A stretch of 44,926 nucleotides of DNA from a virus, in IMG/VR virus record IMGVR_UViG_3300034069_000811, positions 1 through 44,926 of that record; one strand, 5' to 3'. Under the pieces are notes generated by a model that did not search any database, was not told the DNA's origin, and worked only from the letters and a program-made list of their open reading frames with translations. Below are positions 34,472-43,919 of the stretch, piece after piece. A program made the position numbers and the translations under genes. Numbering within the stretch: the stretch's first letter is position 1; every line of letters begins with the position of its first letter.

Positions 34472-34476
34472 AAGAC

Positions 34477-34902
34477 ATGTTCGATATCAACCAGCTCGAA
34501 ACCACCGACACCGCGAAGTTCCACGTCAAGGACGCCAAGGGCCGCCCGCAATTCGACGGCGACAAGCCCATTACCATCACCGCCTACGGTCCCGGCAGCA
34601 AGGTAGCCGCCGGCGCCAAGTTCGCCTACGACAGCAAGCGCAGCGATCGCACCATCGAGAAGATCGGCGGCAAGGTGGAATCGCGTACCGAAGACGTCGA
34701 CCGCCGCGAGCGCGCGGCGTACCTGGGCCAGCTGGTGGCGTCCCTGGACTTCCCGTGCACTGGCGGCGCGACGGCGCTGTTCGCCAACCCGAAGCTGCGC
34801 TTCCTGGCCGACGACTTCGAAAAGTGGTGGAATGACGCGGGAAACTTCACCGCGGACTCGCCGAGCGATGCGTCGAGTTCGTCCGATATGCAGCCTGGCT
34901 AA
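34477..34902 (+). CDS. Tail assembly chaperone (gpG-like)
   Basis: 141 aa. It lies between the tube and tape-measure genes and contains a slippery heptamer near its 3' end. Confidence 0.8.
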   Translation: MFDINQLETTDTAKFHVKDAKGRPQFDGDKPITITAYGPGSKVAAGAKFAYDSKRSDRTIEKIGGKVESRTEDVDRRERAAYLGQLVASLDFPCTGGATALFANPKLRFLADDFEKWWNDAGNFTADSPSDASSSSDMQPG

Positions 34903-35273
34903 ACGTCGCGCCGGAAGCCCCTAGTGACAAAGGGCCGAAGCCCCGGGTGCGGCGCGTAGAAGTTGAGGAAGTGATGGGCCGCGTGCCGGCCCCGCCCCTG
35001 GAAGAAGGAATGTACCTGGTCGATGTGCTGTTCAAGATCGGCCCGGTAAAGCATGAATCGCCACTCTCAGAAGGAGATCTTGAGCCTTGGGAGCGGCGGC
35101 GCGGCATCCAGTTGGCACCGTGGCAAGCCGAGTTGATTGTCGACATGTCCAAGGCTTATCTGGGTGAGATGTACAATGCGCGGCAAGTAAGTTCGATTTG
35201 CCCCTGGGAGCCCGGCCGTAAGCTCTGGATGTACGTGCAGGACGAGTTGCACGCAACGCCGAAGAAAAAGTGA
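34477..35273 (+). CDS. Tail assembly chaperone frameshift product (gpGT-like) via -1 slip at 34839-34845
   Basis: The -1 frame is open from 34836 to the stop at 35271-73 (checked codon by codon to 34949, then track ORF 34947..35273). Confidence 0.7.
34839..34845 (+). promoter_or_regulatory. -1 programmed ribosomal frameshift slippery site G_GGA_AAC
   Basis: The X_XXY_YYZ heptamer is in the correct phase of the chaperone frame (GGA at 34840, AAC at 34843). Confidence 0.7.
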
Positions 35274-35288
35274 AAGGAACACCGCGCA

Positions 35289-38200
35289 ATGGCAGTCGTC
35301 AGCGACATTGAATTAGTAATTCGGGCTGGCGTTGCGCGGCTCCAACAGGACATGCAGGCCGTTCGGCGAACGGTCGATAACGGATTGGGTAGCGTCGCCC
35401 GTACCGTGAGCACGGTCAAGACGGCCCTGGGCGGTCTGGCGGCCGGTTTTGCAGTCAAGGAACTGCTGAGCAAGGTGATCGACGCGCAGCGCGAGTTCGA
35501 TAAGCTTAACGCTTCCCTTGAGACGGCAACAGGATCTACGGCAAACGCAGCGCAGGCATTCGCCGCGCTTCAGAAATTCGCAGCTACCACCCCCTTTAGC
35601 GTGGCCGAAGCCACCGAGGCTTTTATCAAGCTGCGTAATCAAGGTCTTAATCCGTCCGAAGCTGCTTTGCGTTCTTATGGCAATACCGCTTCTGGGGCAA
35701 ACAAGAGTCTTGACCAATTCATTGAAGCGGTGGCCGATGCTTCTCGCAGTCAGTTCGAACGTCTGCAAGAGTTCGCGATTGCTGCAAAACAAAATGGCTC
35801 TCAAGTAACTTTCACTTTCCAGGGCCTTTCCAAAACGGTAGGGAATAACTCCAAGGAAATCCAGGCCTACCTGCAATCAATCGGTAACGTGCAGTTCGCT
35901 GGCGCGATGGAGAAACAGGCCAACACCCTCAATGGGGCTATTAATAATCTTGGCGACACCTGGCAAGGATTGTTGCGCACGATTGCGCAGAACGGCATTG
36001 GAGAAGCCGTACGATCGGCCACGACACAGCTCGGCGGTGCGCTGTCCGACCTCGGTGTAATTCTCGATATCGTCGGCGGTAAGGCAAAGGCCGAAGGTAA
36101 GGCGATGTCCGATGCCGGGGCGTTTCACACGATTATGACCGGCATCTTCAAGGCGTTGGGTGTGGGCGGGGTGTTCCTGACCAATGTGCTCGGTGGCTTG
36201 GCCGATTCTGTAGTTGCGCTTGCTTCCAGCGCCGCCCTAGCGGCTAAAGGTGATTTTGCTGGTGCGAAGAAGATATTGGAAGACGCGAGCAAGGCTGGGA
36301 AAGAACGAGTAAACAATATCGGAGTTGAGCTGAAAGCGGTGTTGGGCGCATCCGCGCAGAAACAGGCGGCGGCCGAAGCTGAAGCGGCCGCCACGAAGAA
36401 ATCCTCGGGTGACCAGCTAGCGGGATATGAAGTGGTGCTGACCGCGCAGCAAAAACAGGATAAAGCCCTGAATGATTCTTTGGAGCTACGTAATCGCTTA
36501 AACGGTACGAACGCCCAGACCGCCGGCGACCTGAAAAAGCTGAAGGAAGCCTACGACACCGGCGGCATCACCCTGGCTCAATACAATAAGTTCGTTGCCC
36601 AGATCAACAAGGAAACGGCGCTGTCGTCCACCGCTTACAAGGACAGTGTCAAGGCCATCGATCTGTCCGCCGCCGCGATTCAGCGGCGCGCCGCCGCGCA
36701 GGCTTTCGCCAACCAGCAGGCACAGGAGAACTTGGACTTCCTAAAGCGCACCGGCCAGCTGAACGAAGAGGATTACATCAAGAAAAGTGCGGACGCTGAC
36801 ATCAAAGCGCTGCAGGACGCAAAAACCGCGCTCGAGGCCACCCGTGACTTGGAAGCCCGGAAGATCGACAACCGGGTCAAGGTGATGGATCTGAACGGCC
36901 AGATCGACGAGCAGGAGCGCAAGATTGCAGCCCGCCGGACGAAGACGGGCCAGGATGAGTTCGAGCTTGAGCAGAAGCTCTATCGTGAAGCCGTCAACAA
37001 CACGGCCGACCTGATCGAAGCGGCACAGGTCGAAGCCAAGACGCAGAAGGATCGTACGCGCGACATGCAGGACGAGATCGATATGCTCGGTCTTACTGGC
37101 AAACAAATCGCCGAGGTGACCGCTGCCCGCCTTCGCGACCAGGCCGCGGCGCTTGACCGGGGCGCCGAGATCGGCACTATCGAAGAAGTCAACGACGCTC
37201 TGCGGGCCCAGGCCGAGGAACTGCGCAAGCAAGCGGATCTCGGCTTGACTAAAGAGCGGGTGCAGGAGCAGCAGAAGTTCTGGGGCGACATCGAGCAGAC
37301 CGCACACGACACCTTCGTATCTATCGCCGACGGGGGCAAGGGCGCGTTCCAGCGGCTCAAGGACTCGGCCAAGAACATCTTCTTCGAGTGGCTGTACCAG
37401 ATGACTCTCAAGAAGTGGATCGTCAACATCGGCGCCTCTACCGACGGAGTGGCGGCGACCGCAGGCTTGGTCAGCGGCGGCGGTAGCGGTAGCTCGCTCC
37501 TGAACGCGGCATCGAATATTGGAAGCCTGTACAAGTCGATCACCGGCCTGGCCAGCGGGAATCTCGGCACCGGCTTCTTGGGCAGCTTGGTCGGCGGGTT
37601 GAACGGAGCGGGTGCCGGGGCACCGCTGGGGTCAGCGCTTGGCGTTCAGATCGGTAACACTATCGCGAACACCCTTGGCCCGACGCTATCCGGGGCGCTC
37701 TCCACCGGCATCAGCGGCTTGGCCACCGCTCTACCCTGGGTGGGCGGGGCAGTGGCTGTCTATAGCTTGGCGAAAGCGGCATTCGGCATGGGGCCGAAGC
37801 AATACGCAGATAGCAGTACGCTCACCGGCACCCTGGGTGCGGGCGGTTTCAGCGGCTCAGTGAATACCGCCTGGACCCAGAAGGGTGGCTGGCTGCGCAG
37901 CAATAAGAGCGGCACCGATAAGGCCGCAGTGGACGCCGTGCTGGCCAGCGGCCTCGCATCGACCTATGACGCGATCAAGACCGCCACGAAAGGCTATGCC
38001 GATGTGCTGGGCTTGAACGCTGCCAGCATCGCCGATCGCACTCAGACCTTGAACATCGCACTTGGCAAGGACGAAGCGGCGAATCAGAAAGCCATTGCCG
38101 ACTTCTTCACTGGGGTTAGCGACACGATCGCTACCGAGGTGCTACCGAGCATCAGCCAGTTCCAGGCATCCGGGGAGAACGCTGGCGCTACCCTGCAGCG

Positions 38201-39503
38201 CCTGGCAACCGATTTCGCTGGTGTCAATGCGTTAATGGAGAAGGTAGGCATAGACCTTGGGCGGGCGTTTAAAGACACCGGGGTTGCCGCAATCGCTGCG
38301 CGAGAACGCATCGTTTCTCTGGCTGGCGGACTGGATGCACTGGGAACGCAACTCGACTTCTATTATTCCAATTTCTTGGCGGCGGCTGAGCGTATTCAAC
38401 CGTTGCAAAAGCAAATTACGGATCAGCTGGCCACTCTTGGGGTGCCCTGGATCAAGAGCGCGGCGGACTACCGTCTCGCAGTCGAGCATCTGGTCAATTC
38501 CGGTGAGGCCGCTACTGAGTCCGGCGCGGCGCTTTACACTGGTCTGTTGAAGTTGGCTCCGGCTTTCAAGTCGATGACTGATGCGGTCAAAGAACTGAAT
38601 CAAGCCGCCGTAGACCGTGCTTTTGCAGCGCTCAGCCGCGCCGTGAATGCCCAGAAAGACGTGGTGACCGAAGCCTACAATGCCGCGATGGCCGTGCTCG
38701 ACTCGCGCATTACTGGGTTGAACGACACTATCTCGCGCACCACCGAGCTATCCCAAGAACTTAAGCGGGCGTTCCAAGGCATCGACACCCCACAGGCGGC
38801 CGGCTATGCTCGACAAGCTGCGCAAGCTCAGATCACTGCATTCTTGGCCATCGCCAGGGCCGGGGGCGCGTTGCCGTCCGCATCGGATATCCAGAGTGCC
38901 GTAAGCGCTCTTAGCAACGACGCTTCAGGTCAATATTCCACTCTTGCGGATTATCAACGCGACGTGGCAAGGACCAATAACGAGTTGGAGCAGCTTGGCG
39001 TATTGACGGACGGCCAGCTGAGCGCGGCGCAGCAGCAACTGGCGGTGCTGCAGGATCAAAAAACGATTGCCCAAACCGCCTATGAAGCTGAAATTGCGAG
39101 ATTGGATTCTCTCGGCGTTAAAGCACAGGCTCAGCTCGACGCGATCAATGGGGTGGATACCAGCGTGAAGACCGTCGCAGAAGCGCTCGCCGAAGTCAAC
39201 GTGGCGCTTCTGGCCTTGAACGGACCGTACGGCACCCCGGCTGCGCCGATTATCGGAGGTGCATCCGTCCTTTCGGGAATCCTCAGTAAGGTGTACACCC
39301 AGGCCGTACCTATAGCCGAGGATACTTCTTCGGTTTCCTACGGTACAATGTCTTCCAGCAACGCGGATATGGGTATGGTTTTGGATCGACTGGCCTCTAT
39401 GGAAGAAAACATGGCGACCACGGCTCGCGCCACCCAGCAATTGGCCGGTCAGTTTAATCAGATATCCGGTGGGGGCAACGCGCTCCTAGTGGAGCAAGCT
39501 TAA
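35289..39503 (+). CDS. Tail tape measure protein
   Basis: 1404 aa, Ala/Gly/Gln-rich and coiled-coil-like. The N-terminal TPFSVAEATEAFIKLRNQGLNPS segment is typical of tape-measure proteins. Confidence 0.93.
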   Translation: MAVVSDIELVIRAGVARLQQDMQAVRRTVDNGLGSVARTVSTVKTALGGLAAGFAVKELLSKVIDAQREFDKLNASLETATGSTANAAQAFAALQKFAATTPFSVAEATEAFIKLRNQGLNPSEAALRSYGNTASGANKSLDQFIEAVADASRSQFERLQEFAIAAKQNGSQVTFTFQGLSKTVGNNSKEIQAYLQSIGNVQFAGAMEKQANTLNGAINNLGDTWQGLLRTIAQNGIGEAVRSATTQLGGALSDLGVILDIVGGKAKAEGKAMSDAGAFHTIMTGIFKALGVGGVFLTNVLGGLADSVVALASSAALAAKGDFAGAKKILEDASKAGKERVNNIGVELKAVLGASAQKQAAAEAEAAATKKSSGDQLAGYEVVLTAQQKQDKALNDSLELRNRLNGTNAQTAGDLKKLKEAYDTGGITLAQYNKFVAQINKETALSSTAYKDSVKAIDLSAAAIQRRAAAQAFANQQAQENLDFLKRTGQLNEEDYIKKSADADIKALQDAKTALEATRDLEARKIDNRVKVMDLNGQIDEQERKIAARRTKTGQDEFELEQKLYREAVNNTADLIEAAQVEAKTQKDRTRDMQDEIDMLGLTGKQIAEVTAARLRDQAAALDRGAEIGTIEEVNDALRAQAEELRKQADLGLTKERVQEQQKFWGDIEQTAHDTFVSIADGGKGAFQRLKDSAKNIFFEWLYQMTLKKWIVNIGASTDGVAATAGLVSGGGSGSSLLNAASNIGSLYKSITGLASGNLGTGFLGSLVGGLNGAGAGAPLGSALGVQIGNTIANTLGPTLSGALSTGISGLATALPWVGGAVAVYSLAKAAFGMGPKQYADSSTLTGTLGAGGFSGSVNTAWTQKGGWLRSNKSGTDKAAVDAVLASGLASTYDAIKTATKGYADVLGLNAASIADRTQTLNIALGKDEAANQKAIADFFTGVSDTIATEVLPSISQFQASGENAGATLQRLATDFAGVNALMEKVGIDLGRAFKDTGVAAIAARERIVSLAGGLDALGTQLDFYYSNFLAAAERIQPLQKQITDQLATLGVPWIKSAADYRLAVEHLVNSGEAATESGAALYTGLLKLAPAFKSMTDAVKELNQAAVDRAFAALSRAVNAQKDVVTEAYNAAMAVLDSRITGLNDTISRTTELSQELKRAFQGIDTPQAAGYARQAAQAQITAFLAIARAGGALPSASDIQSAVSALSNDASGQYSTLADYQRDVARTNNELEQLGVLTDGQLSAAQQQLAVLQDQKTIAQTAYEAEIARLDSLGVKAQAQLDAINGVDTSVKTVAEALAEVNVALLALNGPYGTPAAPIIGGASVLSGILSKVYTQAVPIAEDTSSVSYGTMSSSNADMGMVLDRLASMEENMATTARATQQLAGQFNQISGGGNALLVEQA

Positions 39504-39515
39504 GAAAGCGATCAC

Positions 39516-40499
39516 ATGATTGATCAGGCATTCGATGACGAGAGCACCGACGACGCATGTAGCGTACTGGTGCCCGTAGACGGTACTATCCCCGGAGTAC
39601 TTCAGTCTATGCAAGGTGGGGGCGCGGACTTGCCGGAAGATCCTTCCGCGCAGTGGAGTGCAACGGTCACTTACAAAATCGGGGATCGCACTCATCTGAA
39701 CAACACGCATCGGGTCTATGAAAGCATAAAAGACGGAAACACAGGGAGAGATCCGTCGTCTCCAGAAAACCAATACAATGCGGCCGCCGTTCCGACCTGG
39801 TGGATAGATATCGGCCCCACCAACAAGTTCGCGCTCTTTGATGGCCTTGTAAGTTCGCAGACGTCATCGCCGTCGCCACTGGTTATTAAGCTCACGCCGG
39901 GGTCTTTTAACGGCTTTGCGCTGTTCGGCTTGGACGCGGACTCGTATTCTGTAGAGGTGAGAGACCGTCCGAATGGCGCGATAATTTTTGCGGAATACAA
40001 CGTCTCTTTGGACGGGACCGACCCCGCGGACTATTACGAATATTTCTTTAGCCGTTTTAAAGCCAAACGTCAGGTAATCAAAACCGGGATTGAGCCATAT
40101 TCGACTTCCGAGATAACGCTATCCCTGTACCGAGGGAGCGAGAACGTAAAAATAGGAATGTTCGCCATCGGGGATTTACGTCCGGTAGGCATACCCCAGA
40201 GAGACGCAAGTGTGGAGCCTCAAGACTTCAGCTACGTTAAGCAAGATGCGTTTGGTAATACCACGGTGCAGAGGAGAGCTAACGCCACCGGCATGTCGAT
40301 TAGTACGATGATGTACAAAGACGATGCCGGTGCCGTCCTAGAAACGTTGAGAGAAGTGCTAGGAACCCCGGTTGTCGTGGTCGGAAGTCGCGCTGAAAAT
40401 TTTGAATGGCTTACGGTTTTTGGGCTTGTAAGTGGCAGGCTCACCCCGGCCAAATATCCGTACGTTACTTTGAGCATAAACGTTAAAGGCCTAATATAA
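39516..40499 (+). CDS. Distal tail / baseplate protein (position-based; function tentative)
   Basis: 327 aa, immediately after the tape measure. GC is somewhat lower. Confidence 0.6.
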   Translation: MIDQAFDDESTDDACSVLVPVDGTIPGVLQSMQGGGADLPEDPSAQWSATVTYKIGDRTHLNNTHRVYESIKDGNTGRDPSSPENQYNAAAVPTWWIDIGPTNKFALFDGLVSSQTSSPSPLVIKLTPGSFNGFALFGLDADSYSVEVRDRPNGAIIFAEYNVSLDGTDPADYYEYFFSRFKAKRQVIKTGIEPYSTSEITLSLYRGSENVKIGMFAIGDLRPVGIPQRDASVEPQDFSYVKQDAFGNTTVQRRANATGMSISTMMYKDDAGAVLETLREVLGTPVVVVGSRAENFEWLTVFGLVSGRLTPAKYPYVTLSINVKGLI

Positions 40500-42442
40500 T
40501 GCCGCAATTCACAAATCCTCCACCAGCTCCGATTCGCGGGGATCGCGCGACCTTTTCAGGGCGCGTAGACGCTTTCCTTCAATGGCTTGTCGTGTTTGTC
40601 AGCCAACTCAATATTTTTGCGGCCAATCTCAATGCGCGAGATGCCGGGGGCGCAGGCACCTTTTCTTTTACCTTCGACCCATCTACCTCGGATTCCGACC
40701 CTGGCCCCGGGAAGCTGCGTTTTGATTCTGCCACGCAGAACGCCGCGGTGACGATCCGAATCGACAACAGCACCGATTCAAACATTGACATCGGTGCGTA
40801 TCTGCAATCTTTGCAGAACGGCACTAGCAACGTAAAAGGTAACCTTCGGGTAGAAAAAGCCAAGAATCCTGGCTCGTGGATCTTGTTCGATATCTTTACA
40901 GTTACTGACGCGAGCGGGTATCGCAACCTCTCTGTTATTCCTCGGGCGAGCAGTTCAGTCAATCCGTTTTCCGCTGGTGATCCTCTTGTCGTCTTTTTTG
41001 ATCGGGCGGGTGACCGGGGCGATGGTGGAAATACACCTACCCAGCAACAGATCCGGGATGCTATCGGGGTTGTCCCTGTTACCAGTGGCGGTACCGGCGC
41101 AACAGCTGCCTCCCAGGCACTTTCCAACTTGGGAGGCCTTGCTAGAGTAAATCTGGATCCTATTTTGGCTAGCGGTGAAATTGGCAGATTCGCGGCGGGA
41201 GTTCCCGTGGACGGGGTGTCGGCTAGGTTCATGGCGACTCAGCAAATCGCATCTCACGCGCAATATGCTTTTCTGGACAACTCGACCATCACCTACGCGC
41301 AGGCCGGCTTCCAGGGCCATGCCAGCTTCAACGACAACGTGAAGCATACTGGGTCGCAAAACTCAGACCACCACCACAGCTTCCAGGCCTACCCGCACTA
41401 CGGCAACACTGGCACGATCGGTCGGCTGTCCTGTTTCTGGTCGCAGCCGGACGTCACGGCCGGTACGGTTACCGAGTTGTCGCAGTTCAAGGCATCAAAC
41501 CCGCTCGGTAGTGGCACTATTTCGAGCCTCTATGGGCTGTATATCGAGCCGCTGACGCGCGGCACAGCCAACTACGCGATTTACGTGGCCGGTACCACCG
41601 TCTCGTACTTTGGCGGCGCTTTGGCGCTGGGCCAGATCGCGAACCCGGCGTACGTCATGTACAACCCGAACAGCGGCAATCTCGACCTGACCCCGCGCAC
41701 GGGCTACGGCGTGGCCGTCGTCGGCGGTCCGCTGCTATTTGGGGCAGACACCGGCTCGCCGGCCAAGATCGCGTACAACGCGAACGGTAACCTGGACTTT
41801 ACGCCGCGCGCCGGCTACCACACGACTGTCACGGCGGGCTCGCTGCTGATCGGCCCATCCCTGCCGGCCGCCGGCGAGAAACTGAATGTGACCGGCGCTA
41901 CGTCGGACTTCTTGGCGCGCCTGTACAACAACGACACCAATCCTAAGGGAATCGCTCTCGTCTATGGTGGCGCGTCGCCGAACGGTACCGGTAATGAGTT
42001 CTTGTACTGCCAGGATTCGACTGGTATTCGGGCAAAGATTTTGTCTAACGGCAACGTGCAGAACTTGAATAACAGCTATGGCGGTCTGTCCGATCGAAAG
42101 CTAAAAGAGAACATTGTCGATGCGTCACCCAAGCTGGCAGACCTGCTGCGTGTGCGGATTGTCAACGCGAATTTCATTAATGATCCGAGCAAGGCCAAAC
42201 AGCTATGCGTGATCGCGCAAGAGCTGGCGCCCATTTTCCCGGGCCTGGTTGAAGAAACCATCGACTACGAATACGTCGAAGTCGAGCCGGGCAAATTAGA
42301 ACGACGCCCGACCGGCACCACCACGTTGTCGGTCAAGTACTCCGTGTTCGTCCCCATATTGATCAAGGCCATGCAGGAGCAAGAAGAAGAGAAAAAAGGA
42401 ATCATGCAGCGGCTGGAGGCTCTCGAGAGACATTTCTCGTAG
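40499..42442 (+). CDS. Tail fibre protein with a C-terminal intramolecular chaperone (peptidase S74-type) domain
   Basis: 647 aa. SDRKLKENIVDASPKLADLLRVRIVNANF...VIAQELAPIFPGLV matches the S74 auto-cleaving chaperone signature. Confidence 0.8.
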   Translation: MPQFTNPPPAPIRGDRATFSGRVDAFLQWLVVFVSQLNIFAANLNARDAGGAGTFSFTFDPSTSDSDPGPGKLRFDSATQNAAVTIRIDNSTDSNIDIGAYLQSLQNGTSNVKGNLRVEKAKNPGSWILFDIFTVTDASGYRNLSVIPRASSSVNPFSAGDPLVVFFDRAGDRGDGGNTPTQQQIRDAIGVVPVTSGGTGATAASQALSNLGGLARVNLDPILASGEIGRFAAGVPVDGVSARFMATQQIASHAQYAFLDNSTITYAQAGFQGHASFNDNVKHTGSQNSDHHHSFQAYPHYGNTGTIGRLSCFWSQPDVTAGTVTELSQFKASNPLGSGTISSLYGLYIEPLTRGTANYAIYVAGTTVSYFGGALALGQIANPAYVMYNPNSGNLDLTPRTGYGVAVVGGPLLFGADTGSPAKIAYNANGNLDFTPRAGYHTTVTAGSLLIGPSLPAAGEKLNVTGATSDFLARLYNNDTNPKGIALVYGGASPNGTGNEFLYCQDSTGIRAKILSNGNVQNLNNSYGGLSDRKLKENIVDASPKLADLLRVRIVNANFINDPSKAKQLCVIAQELAPIFPGLVEETIDYEYVEVEPGKLERRPTGTTTLSVKYSVFVPILIKAMQEQEEEKKGIMQRLEALERHFS

Positions 42443-42504
42443 ACAAGGTTTGACCCTGAACTAATCCACCCGTACAATTCGGACTCACCAACAGGAGAAT
42501 TACC

Positions 42505-42645
42505 ATGTGCGACCCCGATCCGATCGACCCGCTGAAAACCGGCAACGGCAACCCCCCGCCGAAACAGCCGCCGAAGAAAGAAGATCCGCCGACTACCGAC
42601 AGCGTCGAGGATACCGGCAACGGTAACCCGCCGCCGAAGGGCTAA
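42505..42645 (+). CDS. Pro-rich small protein, 46 aa (MCDPDPIDPLKTGNGNPPPKQPPKKEDPPTTDSVEDTGNGNPPPKG), not in the ORF track
   Basis: An AGGAGA SD lies 7 nt upstream. The internal repeat TGNGNPPPK occurs twice. Confidence 0.5.
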   Translation: MCDPDPIDPLKTGNGNPPPKQPPKKEDPPTTDSVEDTGNGNPPPKG

Positions 42646-42646
42646 A

Positions 42647-43042
42647 GTGTATCAACTGACATGCGCTAGTTTTTTATTGAGTTCGTTTGTGCTCAATTTA
42701 AAAGACTGGCGCATGTTAGTTTTGAGCACGCTGGTAGGGGTTAGTATATTCGTACCAGTCCCATCGAATACCGCAGCAGAGTTTTATTCATTTTGCGCGC
42801 TGTTCGAAATATTTGTCGGCGCTTGCGCTCTACTCACTAGGTCCGAGGCCGGTTTTCTCATAGCTACTGCTTGTGTATTGTTGGTCATCGCGCACGCGAT
42901 GGGGTACGCTACTGATGGAAGCGCACCGCTATCTCCCTACCACGTCATCGTGAAGACGCTTGAACTGACAGAATTGTTAGTATGCGTGGCCCTTTCACCG
43001 GTGATAGCCCCTATACTGAGAAATCAACATGCGACTCAATGA
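42647..43042 (+). CDS. Multi-pass membrane protein (low GC); start uncertain (GTG 42647 or ATG 42713)
   Basis: 131 aa with 3-4 hydrophobic segments and markedly AT-richer composition. Confidence 0.65.
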   Translation: MYQLTCASFLLSSFVLNLKDWRMLVLSTLVGVSIFVPVPSNTAAEFYSFCALFEIFVGACALLTRSEAGFLIATACVLLVIAHAMGYATDGSAPLSPYHVIVKTLELTELLVCVALSPVIAPILRNQHATQ

Positions 43043-43478
43043 CTACTACCCGAGTGTTTTTCGAATGTCGCTGGGCGTAAATGCGTTGGTGTCTTGGTAC
43101 AACGCAATGAACGATCCTAATTCTGGATTGTGGCGGATCGGGCGTCACGAATACGGCGGAACTCTACTTTGGTTCATGGGCTTCTTGGGTGCCGTAATAG
43201 CTATTGATGTTTTATTAAACGATTGGACGCCGCAGAGATTCCGGGTAGGCCCCCTGAATGTTAAATTGCACTGGCCAAAGATTTGGCGGCAGCGACATTG
43301 GTTGTTTGTTGGCACAGCGATTTGTTACGCAGGGCAACCTTATGTTGCGGTAATGGGCGGCTACGGTGTATCATTGCAAGTGTATTTCTATACGTGTGCC
43401 TTAACTAATCTAGCGGTAGCTTTCATGGACGCCGCTGACAGATCACGGAGCCAAGGGTGGGAAAAAGCATACAAGTAA
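43029..43478 (+). CDS. Membrane protein (low GC), 149 aa
   Basis: ORF from the track with several hydrophobic segments. It overlaps both neighbours. Confidence 0.65.
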   Translation: MRLNDYYPSVFRMSLGVNALVSWYNAMNDPNSGLWRIGRHEYGGTLLWFMGFLGAVIAIDVLLNDWTPQRFRVGPLNVKLHWPKIWRQRHWLFVGTAICYAGQPYVAVMGGYGVSLQVYFYTCALTNLAVAFMDAADRSRSQGWEKAYK

Positions 43479-43909
43479 AGCTTTGCGCCCTGGTCCATCT
43501 ACTAATTATTGGTACTGCTTTCGCGTACGCTGCTGACGCCAACGATTTTGTAGCCGGTATTGAATCGATCCCCCTCGACGCTTTCAAGTATGTGGCTATG
43601 GTCGCGTTCGCCGCAGGGACAGGAGCCACTTTGATCAAAGTGGCTCGGCCCGATGTTGTCGTTAAGCGTCTGCCCATAGAAATAGCGAAAGACCTATTCT
43701 GCTCTGGGTTGGCAGGGATGCTCGTATTCTTCTTTACAAGTTGGGTCGGCCTGACCATTTGGCCCCAACTTATTTTGATTCTACTGGCCGGCTTCGGCGG
43801 CACTCAAGTGCTTGATGTCGCGTTGGCCAAGGGCTTTTTCCCTTGGCTCAGTACTGTACTAGGCCGCTTGAGCGGTCCTGTCCCTCCGTCCGACTCCTCC
43901 AAGCCTTAA
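43457..43909 (+). CDS. Membrane protein with signal-peptide-like N-terminus; holin candidate by position
   Basis: 150 aa. GTG start with a GGAG 6 nt upstream. AFAYA-AD cleavage-like site followed by three hydrophobic segments. It lies directly upstream of the endolysin. Confidence 0.55.
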   Translation: MGKSIQVKLCALVHLLIIGTAFAYAADANDFVAGIESIPLDAFKYVAMVAFAAGTGATLIKVARPDVVVKRLPIEIAKDLFCSGLAGMLVFFFTSWVGLTIWPQLILILLAGFGGTQVLDVALAKGFFPWLSTVLGRLSGPVPPSDSSKP

Positions 43910-43919
43910 AGAAAAACGT

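Noticed and set aside
34947-35273. A stand-alone 108-aa gene starting at GTG 34947.
   Set aside because: There is no SD. The frame is open upstream into the chaperone gene, exactly -1 relative to it, with a GGGAAAC slippery site. It is better explained as the T part of a G/GT frameshift product.
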